From an uncultured virus (IMG/VR IMGVR_UViG_3300020564_000003) (Duplodnaviria > Heunggongvirae > Uroviricota > Caudoviricetes): DNA of 64,000 nt. The position numbers and the translations under genes are program-made. This document shows, piece after piece, positions 1 to 8,302 of the stretch; within the stretch, counting starts at the first letter, position 1, and every line of letters begins with the position of its first letter. The stretch lies in IMG/VR virus record IMGVR_UViG_3300020564_000003. One strand, given 5' to 3'. The notes under the pieces are model-generated. The model did not search any database, was not told the DNA's origin, and was given only the letters and a program-made list of their open reading frames with translations.

Positions 1-579
1 GTTAAAATCCCTAACACTGTCTCTACAGTTGCAGGTGCAGCGGCATTTCAAAAGATGGGAACTTGGTTTGAAGCAGACTGCGGTCAAACCCCACAACCAG
101 GAGATATCCTGTACTTTGATTTCCCAGGAGACGGCGTCAACCGCATTTCTCACGTAGGTATCTGCACAGGCATTATTGCTGATGGCGTTGTAGCAACCAT
201 TGAAGGAAACACCTCTGGAAAGAAGAAGGGTGACCAACGCAATGGTGGCGAGGTATGCGAGCAGGTTCGTGCATACAAGCCAAACAAGAAGAAGGTTCTA
301 GTCTCTATCGTAGGTTGGGGCCGCCCTAACTACAAGGGTAACGAGGTCCAAGCTGAGGTACCCGCAGCAGAGGCTCCAGCGTTCCCAGGAACCATTAAGC
401 CAGGGGATAAGGGTGACGGCGTCAAGACCGTACAAGAGGCCCTAGGACTGCGTGCAGACGGCGTATACGGCGCTGCCACCAAGAAGGCAGTTATTGCTTT
501 CCAAGACAATCATGACCTAATTGACTCAAATGGCGTGGTTGGACCGAAGACTTGGGCTGAACTGGTCAAACTACTCTAA
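1..579 (+). CDS. Endolysin, CHAP amidase plus C-terminal peptidoglycan-binding domain (5' truncated by window)
   Basis: Frame open from base 1 (VKIPNTVSTVAG...). CHAP C-terminal motifs PQPGDILYF, SHVGI, TIEGNT. PG-binding motif GDKGDGVKTVQEAL...DGVYG..T..AV.AFQ...GVVGPKTW. Confidence 0.88.
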   Translation, partial: VKIPNTVSTVAGAAAFQKMGTWFEADCGQTPQPGDILYFDFPGDGVNRISHVGICTGIIADGVVATIEGNTSGKKKGDQRNGGEVCEQVRAYKPNKKKVLVSIVGWGRPNYKGNEVQAEVPAAEAPAFPGTIKPGDKGDGVKTVQEALGLRADGVYGAATKKAVIAFQDNHDLIDSNGVVGPKTWAELVKLL

Positions 580-594
580 TTGGACATTCCCCAA

Positions 595-630
595 AAGGCC
601 CCCCTGGATGGTAATCTAGGGGGGTTCTTC
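595..630 (+). terminator. Hairpin after endolysin, probable intrinsic terminator
   Basis: ggcccccctgga-tggtaa-tctaggggggtt followed by cttc, just past the stop codon. Confidence 0.55.
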
Positions 631-645
631 TATCTGGGGGTGAGT

Positions 646-1194
646 ATGACAACTATCGTTGCTGTTCAATACAAAGACAAATGTGTTATGGCTGCAGATA
701 ATCAGGTGACTGGTGATGGTGGTCGTCGTTACAACCATCCCGATATGAAGAAGATAGCAAAACGTGGAGCGTTCTTAATTGCAGGAAGTGGCGAAGTTCA
801 ACCTTGCGATGTTGTGCAACATATGTGGAACCCACCAAAACTAAGTTTGAAAGACTCTGAAGACATTTATCACTTTATGATTACTAAAGCTCTGCCTTCT
901 CTTCGTAAATGCCTTACTGATAATGGCTACGACTTCAATGAAGGTAAAGAAGGCGGCAAAGCAGGGGAAGGTCGGTTTAACTTCCTTATGGCTGTTTCTG
1001 GAGAAGTATTTGATATTGCCGATGATTTATCCGTTTGCCGTTCTGCAGATGGCATTTATGGCGTTGGTTCTGGTTCTGACTACGCTATTGGCGCTATTTA
1101 CGCAGGAGCCAAGCCAGAGAAGGCAATTGAGATTGCAGCAAAGCTAGATGTAAACACTTCTGGCCCAATCCAAATTGTTGAACAATACAAATAG
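646..1194 (+). CDS. HslV/proteasome beta-type Ntn threonine protease
   Basis: Start re-assigned to ATG 646, giving MTTIVAVQ...AADNQVT (N-terminal catalytic Thr). Also MKKI, GVGSGSDYAIGA and IAAKLDVNTSGPI motifs. Confidence 0.82.
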   Translation: MTTIVAVQYKDKCVMAADNQVTGDGGRRYNHPDMKKIAKRGAFLIAGSGEVQPCDVVQHMWNPPKLSLKDSEDIYHFMITKALPSLRKCLTDNGYDFNEGKEGGKAGEGRFNFLMAVSGEVFDIADDLSVCRSADGIYGVGSGSDYAIGAIYAGAKPEKAIEIAAKLDVNTSGPIQIVEQYK

Positions 1195-1211
1195 TCTGCT
1201 AGTGTGAGGGC

Positions 1212-1568
1212 ATGGACCAAACACACTACCAATCAAAATCTCAACTAAAGAGGGCTGAAAAGCAGCTAGAGGCAGATGCTTTTATTAAAGAGAAGAAAAT
1301 AAACGAAATTAAAAAGCGTTGGGAAGAATCCCAATTAAAAGCAGCAACTATGCAGTCTGTATTGACCTACATGGTTGAGCAGTATACCGAGCACCGTGAT
1401 GAACTTTCTGAAGAGGTAATTTCTCAAACAGAGGCGCAGATTGCTCTTCGTCGTACTGAGATTGAGGATTTCTTAATGTCTGAGCAAAAAGTATGTCTAG
1501 AAGCACTAGAAGAGTACAGCGATACCGTCACTACGATAAACTACGGAACAGAGGAGAAAAACGGATGA
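1212..1568 (+). CDS. Hypothetical helical protein
   Basis: 118 aa ORF; TAGTGT -10-like hexamer 6 nt before ATG. Confidence 0.6.
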   Translation: MDQTHYQSKSQLKRAEKQLEADAFIKEKKINEIKKRWEESQLKAATMQSVLTYMVEQYTEHRDELSEEVISQTEAQIALRRTEIEDFLMSEQKVCLEALEEYSDTVTTINYGTEEKNG

Positions 1569-1906
1569 GGAATCTAATGTCAACCTTGAAGAATGTATTG
1601 ATGCGTATTGTTGCGGTGTTTGCAGCAAGCGGTCTTGCAGTAATTGGAGCTGGTGCCGTTGCAGGTATTCCAGTAGCACAAGCAGTACTAGTTGCTGGTC
1701 TGACTGCGGTCGCCGCAGTTGTTGAGAAGTTAGCTCGTGCATTTATGGACGATGGAAAGCTTAGCCTTGATGAAATCAACGCTGCATTTTCAACTGTTGA
1801 TAAAGGCGCTAAAACTGTTGCAGACGTTGAAGTTGAAGAACGTCAAGCAGCAGACAAGGCAACTAAGTTTGGTGGACTTGTGACCAAAGAAGAGAACTCT
1901 AACTAA
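1565..1906 (+). CDS. Two-TM membrane protein (holin-like) with EF-hand-like DDGKLSLDE motif
   Basis: GAGGAG RBS before ATG 1565 (ATGA overlap); two hydrophobic segments; near endolysin. Confidence 0.6.
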   Translation: MRNLMSTLKNVLMRIVAVFAASGLAVIGAGAVAGIPVAQAVLVAGLTAVAAVVEKLARAFMDDGKLSLDEINAAFSTVDKGAKTVADVEVEERQAADKATKFGGLVTKEENSN

Positions 1907-2079
1907 CCACCAGTTTTATAAAACCCTGAGCCTTTGAACTGAAGGCCAAAAGAGTTAAAGACACGTTGAAGAGCGTAGCCACACTTGTTGCAGATGTATT
2001 CAGGTTCTGCATCATGGATGCTACGCTCTTTTTCGTAATCTAAATCGCACTGGATACAGGCGTATTCGTACTTAGGCAT
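1903..2079 (-). CDS. FmdB-family zinc-ribbon protein (58 aa, below ORF-track cutoff)
   Basis: Translated by hand: MPKYEYACIQC...ICNKCG..LQRVF....QFKGSGFYKTGG, the typical MPxYEYxC / FKGSGFY signature. Confidence 0.85.
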   Translation of the reverse strand: MPKYEYACIQCDLDYEKERSIHDAEPEYICNKCGYALQRVFNSFGLQFKGSGFYKTGG

Positions 2080-2188
2080 CAGAGTTCTCCAAGTGTTTTT
2101 TCTCGCACATACGTGCTAAATCAGGTACTACGTATCGTTTACTACACAGAGCACAAGTATAACGTTCCAAGAACTCTTTGGACTCCAT
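2072..2188 (-). CDS. Small zinc-finger-like protein (38 aa)
   Basis: MESKEFLERYTCALCSKRYVVPDLARMCEKKHLENSDA; CxxC...CxxxH; overlaps start of FmdB gene. Confidence 0.6.
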   Translation of the reverse strand: MESKEFLERYTCALCSKRYVVPDLARMCEKKHLENSDA

Positions 2189-2236
2189 CTCCGTATTATG
2201 CCCGTACTTATTCTAGGAAAGGGGTAAACTAAACCC

Positions 2237-2380
2237 ATGTTATCTAATGAAGAGTTCAAAGGAGCAATGCCTCAAACTAAAAAGTTTGAAGGAGAAAAGC
2301 CTCTTGCGATAAACGCTGCACAAGATAACTTTGCTGGAGCTACTGCAAGTAAGCCACCAAGCCCAGGGTTTAGCAATTGA
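2237..2380 (+). CDS. Small hypothetical protein (47 aa)
   Basis: MLSNEEFKGAMPQ...; TAAACT 6 nt upstream; stop overlaps next start. Confidence 0.5.
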   Translation: MLSNEEFKGAMPQTKKFEGEKPLAINAAQDNFAGATASKPPSPGFSN

Positions 2381-2583
2381 TAGACACAGCCCACGCACAA
2401 CGCGAGTTAACAGCATTAGACCGCTGTGACAAGTGTGCTGCACGAGCAATGGTTCGTGCAACCTTGTTAACTGGGGAGCTTTATTTTTGCGGACATCACG
2501 CACGGGAAACTGGGTACACTTTAGTTCAACAGTCAGTTCAAGTGCATGACCCAGAAGGTTTATTTATTTATGCCGACAGATAA
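2377..2583 (+). CDS. Small Cys/His zinc-binding protein of a type conserved in Actinobacteria
   Basis: LTALDRCDKC...GELYFCGHH motif. Confidence 0.7.
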   Translation: MIDTAHAQRELTALDRCDKCAARAMVRATLLTGELYFCGHHARETGYTLVQQSVQVHDPEGLFIYADR

Positions 2584-2611
2584 CCCACTGACAATGGTTG
2601 ACTATTACAAG

Positions 2612-2719
2612 TTGTGGCAACCACTTTCTGGTCAACAGTTTTATGGGCTAGGAATGTACGGAGCAGTAAAGCAAGACGTAGGTGCATACAACAAAGAGAA
2701 CTTGGATAAAACATCATGA
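2612..2719 (+). CDS. Possible small leaderless ORF (35 aa)
   Basis: TTG start 6 nt after GACTAT; MWQPLSGQQFYGLG...; TGA overlaps ATG of next gene. Confidence 0.35.
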   Translation: MWQPLSGQQFYGLGMYGAVKQDVGAYNKENLDKTS

Positions 2720-3012
2720 GCAACAGAAACTTAGGTCATCAGTTTGACGGAGCAATTGAGACCGCAGAAGACCAACAGCGTCAAAGATTTGCTCGCCCTG
2801 TAGGGGAACGAGGATTTGTTGGCAATGGTTACTGGTGGGGTTCCTACCCATATATGACTGGCTCACTTATGGCTGGAAATGTTTTACAAACACAGTCTTC
2901 AGGAACTAATACGCCAGGTAATCTAGAACCTTCTTCAGGTCAATCAGCAAGTGACTATAGTGGAATGGGCGGAACATCTGCTGGAAGTTACGGAGATGGC
3001 GGTAGTTACTAA
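2716..3012 (+). CDS. Hypothetical Gly/Ser-rich protein
   Basis: 98 aa ORF coupled to next gene (TAATG). Confidence 0.55.
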   Translation: MSNRNLGHQFDGAIETAEDQQRQRFARPVGERGFVGNGYWWGSYPYMTGSLMAGNVLQTQSSGTNTPGNLEPSSGQSASDYSGMGGTSAGSYGDGGSY

Positions 3013-3227
3013 TGGAGCCTCAGCTAAACCGACGACCACTTAAAGTTAACAACAGAAAAGGTGTTGAACAAAGATTTGTTTCTACACCGTCAAGGTTTAA
3101 ATCTGAGACACGTGCATCAATATTTGCTTGGGCAAGTAGAGGACGCGGTGTTCAGGGAGAGTCTGTTAACGCTTCAGGTGATGTTGGTTCAAAACAAATT
3201 ATTAATAAGCTAAGAAAACCAATGTAA
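3012..3227 (+). CDS. Hypothetical basic protein
   Basis: 71 aa ORF, translationally coupled. Confidence 0.55.
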   Translation: MEPQLNRRPLKVNNRKGVEQRFVSTPSRFKSETRASIFAWASRGRGVQGESVNASGDVGSKQIINKLRKPM

Positions 3228-3275
3228 CTTCTGCTTTAATACTCTCAGAGGGTCTTATTAACTTTTGAGGGGTTA

Positions 3276-5816
3276 ATGAAAGCACTGCGAAAATTCGCAG
3301 CACTATTCGTATTTATATCTGCGGCACTTTTACCCGCAGTATTTGTCACACCAGCATACGCAAATACTCTTGAAGAGTACAACGCACGAGTTGCTGCAGC
3401 GACTCAAGAAGTCAACGCTGCACAAGCAGCTGTGAGTATTGCACAAACAAACTATGACACCCTGTTAATACCTGACACTTCAACTGCAACTACTGCTTCA
3501 GGTTTAACTGCAAAAGTTTATAACAACACAATGAGCCGAACACCTGACGAAGCAAACCTATGTGCAACATTGACTGTGTCACAGATTGCATCTAACTGGG
3601 GTAGCGGTTCAGTACTTGGATGCAACTCAGACCATGTAACTGTGCACTATTACGGAACTATTACCGTCCCTAATACTGGTCAATACCAGTTCATGAATAT
3701 TGCAGATGACGGTTTCTACATGACAGTAAACGGTCAAGTAGCAATTGATGAGTGGGTTGATAAAGGATGCAACGGTGCCTGGGGTGCAGGGGTTCAACTA
3801 ACTGCAGGAACTCCGTATGCTATTGACGCCTGGTTCTACGAGAACGGTGGCGGAGCTTGCTCAACGCTTTACGTCACAGAGCCGTCTGGAAACTGGCAAG
3901 TAACGCCTGCCGCATGGTTTGGTGCAACAACTCCAACGATGATTAAAGACCCTGCTTTATTAGCCGTCTTGCAAGCAGCACAACAACGACTTGCTAATGC
4001 ACAAGCAGCTTTAGCAGCTATCCCTCCTTATGTCGCACCTGTGGTCAACGCACCAACAAACTTAATTGCAACAATAGATGGTGGCACTGTAACTCTTACT
4101 TGGAATGCCCCAAGCGGAGGAACACCTCCAGAGCGTTATGCAATCTTCTTTACTAACGGCACTTCTGCAGGTTGGGGTATTGCAACAGGTAATGTTGGAG
4201 ATGCTAATGCGTTAAACACAACTGTATCTATAGGACAAGAAGTGTTTGCTGGTAGTGGTGGTTTAGACTCTACATACACCTTCTCTATCCGAGGGGACAA
4301 CGACACTCAACGTCTTTACTCTGGTCGTTCCAATGAAGTGTCATTGCTAGTTCCTAATATGGCTCGTATCGCTGCAGAAGCAGCCGCAGCTGCAGCAGCA
4401 GAAGCGGCTCGTATAGCAGCTGAACAAGCAGCCGCAGCAGAAGCAGCCCGCATAGCTGCAGAGCAAGCTGCAGCTGCAGAAGCAGCAAGACAAGCAGCAT
4501 TGGCAGCAGAGGCTGCAAGAGTTGCAGCAGAACAAGCTGCAGCAGCAGAGGCCGCACGAGTTGCAGCAGAAGCAGAGGCAGCACGAGTTGCCGCTGAACA
4601 AGCAGCCGCTGCAGAGGCCGCACGAATCGCTGCTGCACAAGCAGCGGCCGCAGAAGCTGCACGTATTGCAGCAGAGCAAGCGGCAGCTCAAGCAGAAGCA
4701 GAAAGACTTGCAGCACTTGCAGCAGCCGAGAAAGCAAGGCTTGAAAAAGAAGCAGCAGAGAAGTTAGCAGCTGAAGCAGAAGCCGCACGTATTGCTGCGG
4801 AGAAAGCAGCAGCAGAACAAGCAGCACGAGATGCAGCAGCAGCTGAAGCAGCAGCAAAAGCGGAAGCTGAAAGGTTAGCTGCCGAAGCCGCTGCAGAAAA
4901 AGCTGAAGCTGACAGATTAGCTGCAGAAGCTGCTGCTGCAAAAGCTGAAGCAGAAAGAATTGCTGCTGAAGAAGCAGCAGCTAAAGCAGAGGCTGACCGT
5001 ATAGCAGCAGAGGAAGCGGCTGCAAAAGCAGAAGCTGACAGACTTGCTGCAGAGGCAGAAGCAAAAGCAAAGGCTGAAGAAGAAGCACGCTTAGAAGCAG
5101 AACGAATTGCTGCTGAAGAAGCTGCAGCTAAAGCTGAAGCAGACCGTCTTGCAGCAGAAGCTGAAGCAAAAGCTAAAGCTGAAGAAGCTGCAAAAGCAGA
5201 AGCAGACAAAGCAGCAGCAGAAGCTGAAGCAAAGGCACAAGCTGAAGAAGATGCTAAAGCTGAAGCAGCAAAACTTGCAGCAGAAGAAGCTGCTAAAAAA
5301 GCAGAAGAAGAAGCACTGAAGAAGGCTGCCGAAGAAGGTAAACTAACTGAAGAACAAAAAACGGTTGTTGTAACTGCACTTCTAGAGTCGGTTGCTCCTG
5401 GTGAAGCACTTTCTGCATCTGCTATACAAGAAGCAGGAATTGAATACAAAGACTTGCCTGCAGAAACACCAGTTGATGTGCGTACCGACGAAAACGGTAA
5501 TGCAGTTGTAATCACCGCTGAAGTTGCTGCACAAATTGAGTTGTTAGAAAATCCTGGAGAACTATTAGCAACAGCACTGTCAGACCCAGGCGCAGCTTTA
5601 GCAGCTCTTGGAAGTATTGGCGCAGATATGTCAGACGAAGAACGTGAAGAAGCAACCGAAGCGGTTGTTGCAACGGTTGTTGCTGCAGGTGCTGCGATAA
5701 ATGCAGCCGCTGCTGCAACAGGCTCTACTGGAAGTTCCTCTTCTGGTGGGGGTGGAAGTTCTGGTGGTGGAGGCCCATCAGGTGATAGCAAAGGCGTAAG
5801 GAGACGCAAGCAATGA
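3276..5816 (+). CDS. Secreted/membrane-anchored PA14-domain + Fn3 protein with long Ala/Glu helical stalk
   Basis: Signal peptide ending AYA. PA14 motifs (NWGSG, IADDGF, WFYENGGGA). Fn3 (APTNL...LTWNAP). About 325 aa of AEAARIAAE-type repeats, then a C-terminal hydrophobic segment and RRRK tail. Confidence 0.8.
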   Translation: MKALRKFAALFVFISAALLPAVFVTPAYANTLEEYNARVAAATQEVNAAQAAVSIAQTNYDTLLIPDTSTATTASGLTAKVYNNTMSRTPDEANLCATLTVSQIASNWGSGSVLGCNSDHVTVHYYGTITVPNTGQYQFMNIADDGFYMTVNGQVAIDEWVDKGCNGAWGAGVQLTAGTPYAIDAWFYENGGGACSTLYVTEPSGNWQVTPAAWFGATTPTMIKDPALLAVLQAAQQRLANAQAALAAIPPYVAPVVNAPTNLIATIDGGTVTLTWNAPSGGTPPERYAIFFTNGTSAGWGIATGNVGDANALNTTVSIGQEVFAGSGGLDSTYTFSIRGDNDTQRLYSGRSNEVSLLVPNMARIAAEAAAAAAAEAARIAAEQAAAAEAARIAAEQAAAAEAARQAALAAEAARVAAEQAAAAEAARVAAEAEAARVAAEQAAAAEAARIAAAQAAAAEAARIAAEQAAAQAEAERLAALAAAEKARLEKEAAEKLAAEAEAARIAAEKAAAEQAARDAAAAEAAAKAEAERLAAEAAAEKAEADRLAAEAAAAKAEAERIAAEEAAAKAEADRIAAEEAAAKAEADRLAAEAEAKAKAEEEARLEAERIAAEEAAAKAEADRLAAEAEAKAKAEEAAKAEADKAAAEAEAKAQAEEDAKAEAAKLAAEEAAKKAEEEALKKAAEEGKLTEEQKTVVVTALLESVAPGEALSASAIQEAGIEYKDLPAETPVDVRTDENGNAVVITAEVAAQIELLENPGELLATALSDPGAALAALGSIGADMSDEEREEATEAVVATVVAAGAAINAAAAATGSTGSSSSGGGGSSGGGGPSGDSKGVRRRKQ
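4360..5340 (+). repeat. Low-complexity Ala/Glu/Lys/Arg coding repeats (AEAARIAAEQAAA, AKAEADRLAAE)
   Basis: gca/gct/gaa-rich imperfect tandem repeats. Confidence 0.9.
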
Positions 5817-5977
5817 AAGTACTAAAGGACATGATTGACCAACTATGGACATTACTTGGCATGTTTATTGCTTGGGTAGTTCTAGATGGTTCTGCAAAAA
5901 CAATTGTTGGTTACGCAATTATTGCGACATTAGTTGCATGGGCTATCACGTATCCGCTGCGTAACCGCGAAGAATAA
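5813..5977 (+). CDS. Small two-TM membrane protein (54 aa)
   Basis: MKVLKDMIDQLWTLLGMFIAWVVLDGSAKTIVGYAIIATLVAWAITYPLRNREE; AGGAG RBS; ATGA overlap with PA14 gene. Confidence 0.7.
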   Translation: MKVLKDMIDQLWTLLGMFIAWVVLDGSAKTIVGYAIIATLVAWAITYPLRNREE

Positions 5978-6018
5978 GAGACTATTGTCTCTGAGTAGGG
6001 CACTCAGTAAGGAGAACC

Positions 6019-6210
6019 ATGGATATCAATACACTTAAGGCTGCAGGAGCTACTTGGCTTCGTGCATCTATTGCTGCTGTTGCTGCGCTCTATATGAGCG
6101 GAATTTCAGACCCAAAGACTTTGGTAAACGCTTTCATTGCAGGTCTTCTCGGTCCAGCAGCAAAGTTTGTAAACCCAAAAGACCCATCATACGGCTTCGG
6201 CTCAAAGTAA
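6019..6210 (+). CDS. Holin-like small membrane protein
   Basis: AGGAG RBS; 63 aa with two hydrophobic helices and NPKDPSYG tail. Confidence 0.6.
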   Translation: MDINTLKAAGATWLRASIAAVAALYMSGISDPKTLVNAFIAGLLGPAAKFVNPKDPSYGFGSK

Positions 6211-6228
6211 TTTAGAGGAGTAGCACCA

Positions 6229-6588
6229 GTGACAAACACTTTTATGACTTTAGGTATTGTCGCTGGTGCTCTCATTAGTGTGGGGGTGCTCTTGAGTCCA
6301 CTATACAAACGAGTAAAACGTTGGGCTCAATGGGCAGAGCGGTTCATGCGCGATTGGGAAGGTGAAGAAGAAGCCCCAGGTCGTGACCGTGTCCCAGGTG
6401 TGATGGAACGCCTTAACAACATGGATGGCGAATTAAGCCAAAACGGTGGTTTCACAACTGTAAAAGACCGTGTAGACAGGTTATACGAAAATCAAGTGTT
6501 GATAATGGACGCTTTTGATGACCTGAGTGAGCGACTTATCGGTATTGAAAATTGCTTAGTGAATAACAAAACAGAAGACCAAAAGTAA
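6229..6588 (+). CDS. Membrane protein with N-terminal TM and coiled coil (lysis-region type)
   Basis: GAGGAG RBS, GTG start; PGVMERL...NGG..VKD pattern. Confidence 0.6.
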   Translation: MTNTFMTLGIVAGALISVGVLLSPLYKRVKRWAQWAERFMRDWEGEEEAPGRDRVPGVMERLNNMDGELSQNGGFTTVKDRVDRLYENQVLIMDAFDDLSERLIGIENCLVNNKTEDQK

Positions 6589-6602
6589 GGGACTATTAGC
6601 AC

Positions 6603-7409
6603 ATGGACCTAAGCAGATACAACAAGCCAGTGAGCACATCTGGCCCAAGCAAATTCTTTAGCGATATGTCTGCTCGTGCAACAGGTACAAGCCAAATGGT
6701 GTTGTCACATCAGATGGGGTTAGAAGCAGCTCACCACAGTAACGAACTTGCAAAAGACTTAGCTTCTCATCAAGGTGGAATTGCTTCCGCACTATCTGCG
6801 CAAGGTCATGAACAAGCATCATCTCTTTCGGCTCAAGAGCACAATCAACGTTTAAAAGAAGATGGTGCGGGCCGTCGTCATGAGATAAAGAAGATTGTTC
6901 TTGGACACAACAACGACATAGAGAAGGCAGCTGTTGAGCATCATCTTTCAACAGGAAAGCTTCGTACAGAGTCCAGCCTACGCGTACGTGAAGCTGGAGT
7001 TGCACATAAGCACGCTACAGACTTGCTGTCTCGCGTTGCATCTGCAGGAGAAGGCGGAACACCTGTGTCCATTACTAGTGGCAAAGCATCCGCTAGTTTT
7101 ACTTTAAAGACACCGCCAAGTCCTGCAACTAACCCAACACCAACAGTTGCTCCAAGACAAACTAAATCTTTTGTTGGTATGCCAGGGAACCGTGCTTCTA
7201 CACCAGCAGCAGCTCCTGCAACTCCTAAAGGACCACAACCAACAGTTACACGCGGACCTGGTGGAAGAATGGTTTCTTTAAAAAACCCTACACCTACTGC
7301 TGCTCCTGCAAAGAAGGCAGCAGCTAAGAAAGCTGTTCCTGCTAAAGGACAGCCAACAGTAACTCGTGATAAGACAACTGGCCGCATGGTTGGTATTAAG
7401 AAGAAGTAA
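6603..7409 (+). CDS. Hypothetical protein, His-periodic helical N-half and Pro/Ala/Lys-rich basic C-half
   Basis: 268 aa ORF; duplicated QPTVTR...GRMV motif. Confidence 0.65.
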   Translation: MDLSRYNKPVSTSGPSKFFSDMSARATGTSQMVLSHQMGLEAAHHSNELAKDLASHQGGIASALSAQGHEQASSLSAQEHNQRLKEDGAGRRHEIKKIVLGHNNDIEKAAVEHHLSTGKLRTESSLRVREAGVAHKHATDLLSRVASAGEGGTPVSITSGKASASFTLKTPPSPATNPTPTVAPRQTKSFVGMPGNRASTPAAAPATPKGPQPTVTRGPGGRMVSLKNPTPTAAPAKKAAAKKAVPAKGQPTVTRDKTTGRMVGIKKK

Positions 7410-7699
7410 TGACTACAAAAAAGAAAGCGCATAAAAAAGCGCACAAAACCCCTGCATGGACTCGCAAAGAAGGAAAGAATCCTGAAGGCGGATTAAATGC
7501 TAAAGGTAGAGCTTCTGCAAAAGCGCAAGGACATAATTTAAAACCACCTGTGTCAGCAGACCAAGCAAAGAAATCTCCCAAGTCTGCAGCACGTCGTAAA
7601 TCTTTCTGCGCTAGGATGGGCGGAATGCCTGGTCCTATGAAGGACGAAAAAGGAAGACCAACAAGAAAGGCCCTCTCACTTCGTAAGTGGGACTGCTAA
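7409..7699 (+). CDS. DUF6321-like basic phage protein
   Basis: PAWTRKEGKNPEGGLNAKGRAS...RRKSFCARM...LRKWDC. Confidence 0.75.
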   Translation: MTTKKKAHKKAHKTPAWTRKEGKNPEGGLNAKGRASAKAQGHNLKPPVSADQAKKSPKSAARRKSFCARMGGMPGPMKDEKGRPTRKALSLRKWDC

Positions 7700-7714
7700 C
7701 TAAGGAGTAGAACA

Positions 7715-7978
7715 ATGACAACATGCGCTAATTGCACTAACGCTTCCGTTTGGATTTATGAGATTACACCTTCTCATACAATCCCTTACTGCTCTATGCA
7801 CTTGCCGAAGTTTCTCAATGACCGTAAAAACGCTGGTCTACTAAAGCGTTCTGAAGAAATGGTTCAAGAACAATCAAATGCATTTGAGGCTTTAGCAACA
7901 AAGTCCTCTAAGAAGGCATCAAAGACTGCGGTTGAAGAACCTGTCGTTGAAGAAGAGCCGACAACACCTGAAGAATAA
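7715..7978 (+). CDS. Hypothetical protein with CxxC...CxxH
   Basis: AGGAG RBS; 87 aa. Confidence 0.6.
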   Translation: MTTCANCTNASVWIYEITPSHTIPYCSMHLPKFLNDRKNAGLLKRSEEMVQEQSNAFEALATKSSKKASKTAVEEPVVEEEPTTPEE

Positions 7979-8208
7979 TGCCTGTCATTCGCAAATTTGC
8001 GGTACAGGGTCACGCAATACCTTCAGTAGTGCACGCTCCTAGAGGACCTTTTCCTCCAGAAGTTTTAGCTGAACCAGAAATGGCAGTTGACCCTAGTCAC
8101 TCAGATTCTTTACACGTTGGATTAGATGACATTAGATTCTTTAAATGCCGTCATTGTGAAGTCATCTTAATTCAAGAAGACCTTGATGACCACATCTGTG
8201 AGGAATAA
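7978..8208 (+). CDS. Hypothetical protein with C-terminal CxxC...HxC
   Basis: Coupled start (TAATG); 76 aa. Confidence 0.6.
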   Translation: MPVIRKFAVQGHAIPSVVHAPRGPFPPEVLAEPEMAVDPSHSDSLHVGLDDIRFFKCRHCEVILIQEDLDDHICEE

Positions 8209-8302
8209 ACGCTGACATCACGTCAATAGTCTTGGATACTATCTTTAAGGTTCCCCTAAGCGCATGGGGAAATTCCAAACCTCTCTAGAGAAAGTAGACA
8301 TC

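Noticed and set aside
5452..5470. Sortase LPXTG anchor in the PA14 protein (DLPAETP)
   Set aside because: Does not match LPxTG and lies too far from the hydrophobic C-terminal segment.
4347..5809. Long minus-strand and alternative-frame ORFs (poly-Cys, poly-Leu/Gln, Ala/Ser)
   Set aside because: By-products of the gca/gaa-rich stalk repeat of the PA14 gene.
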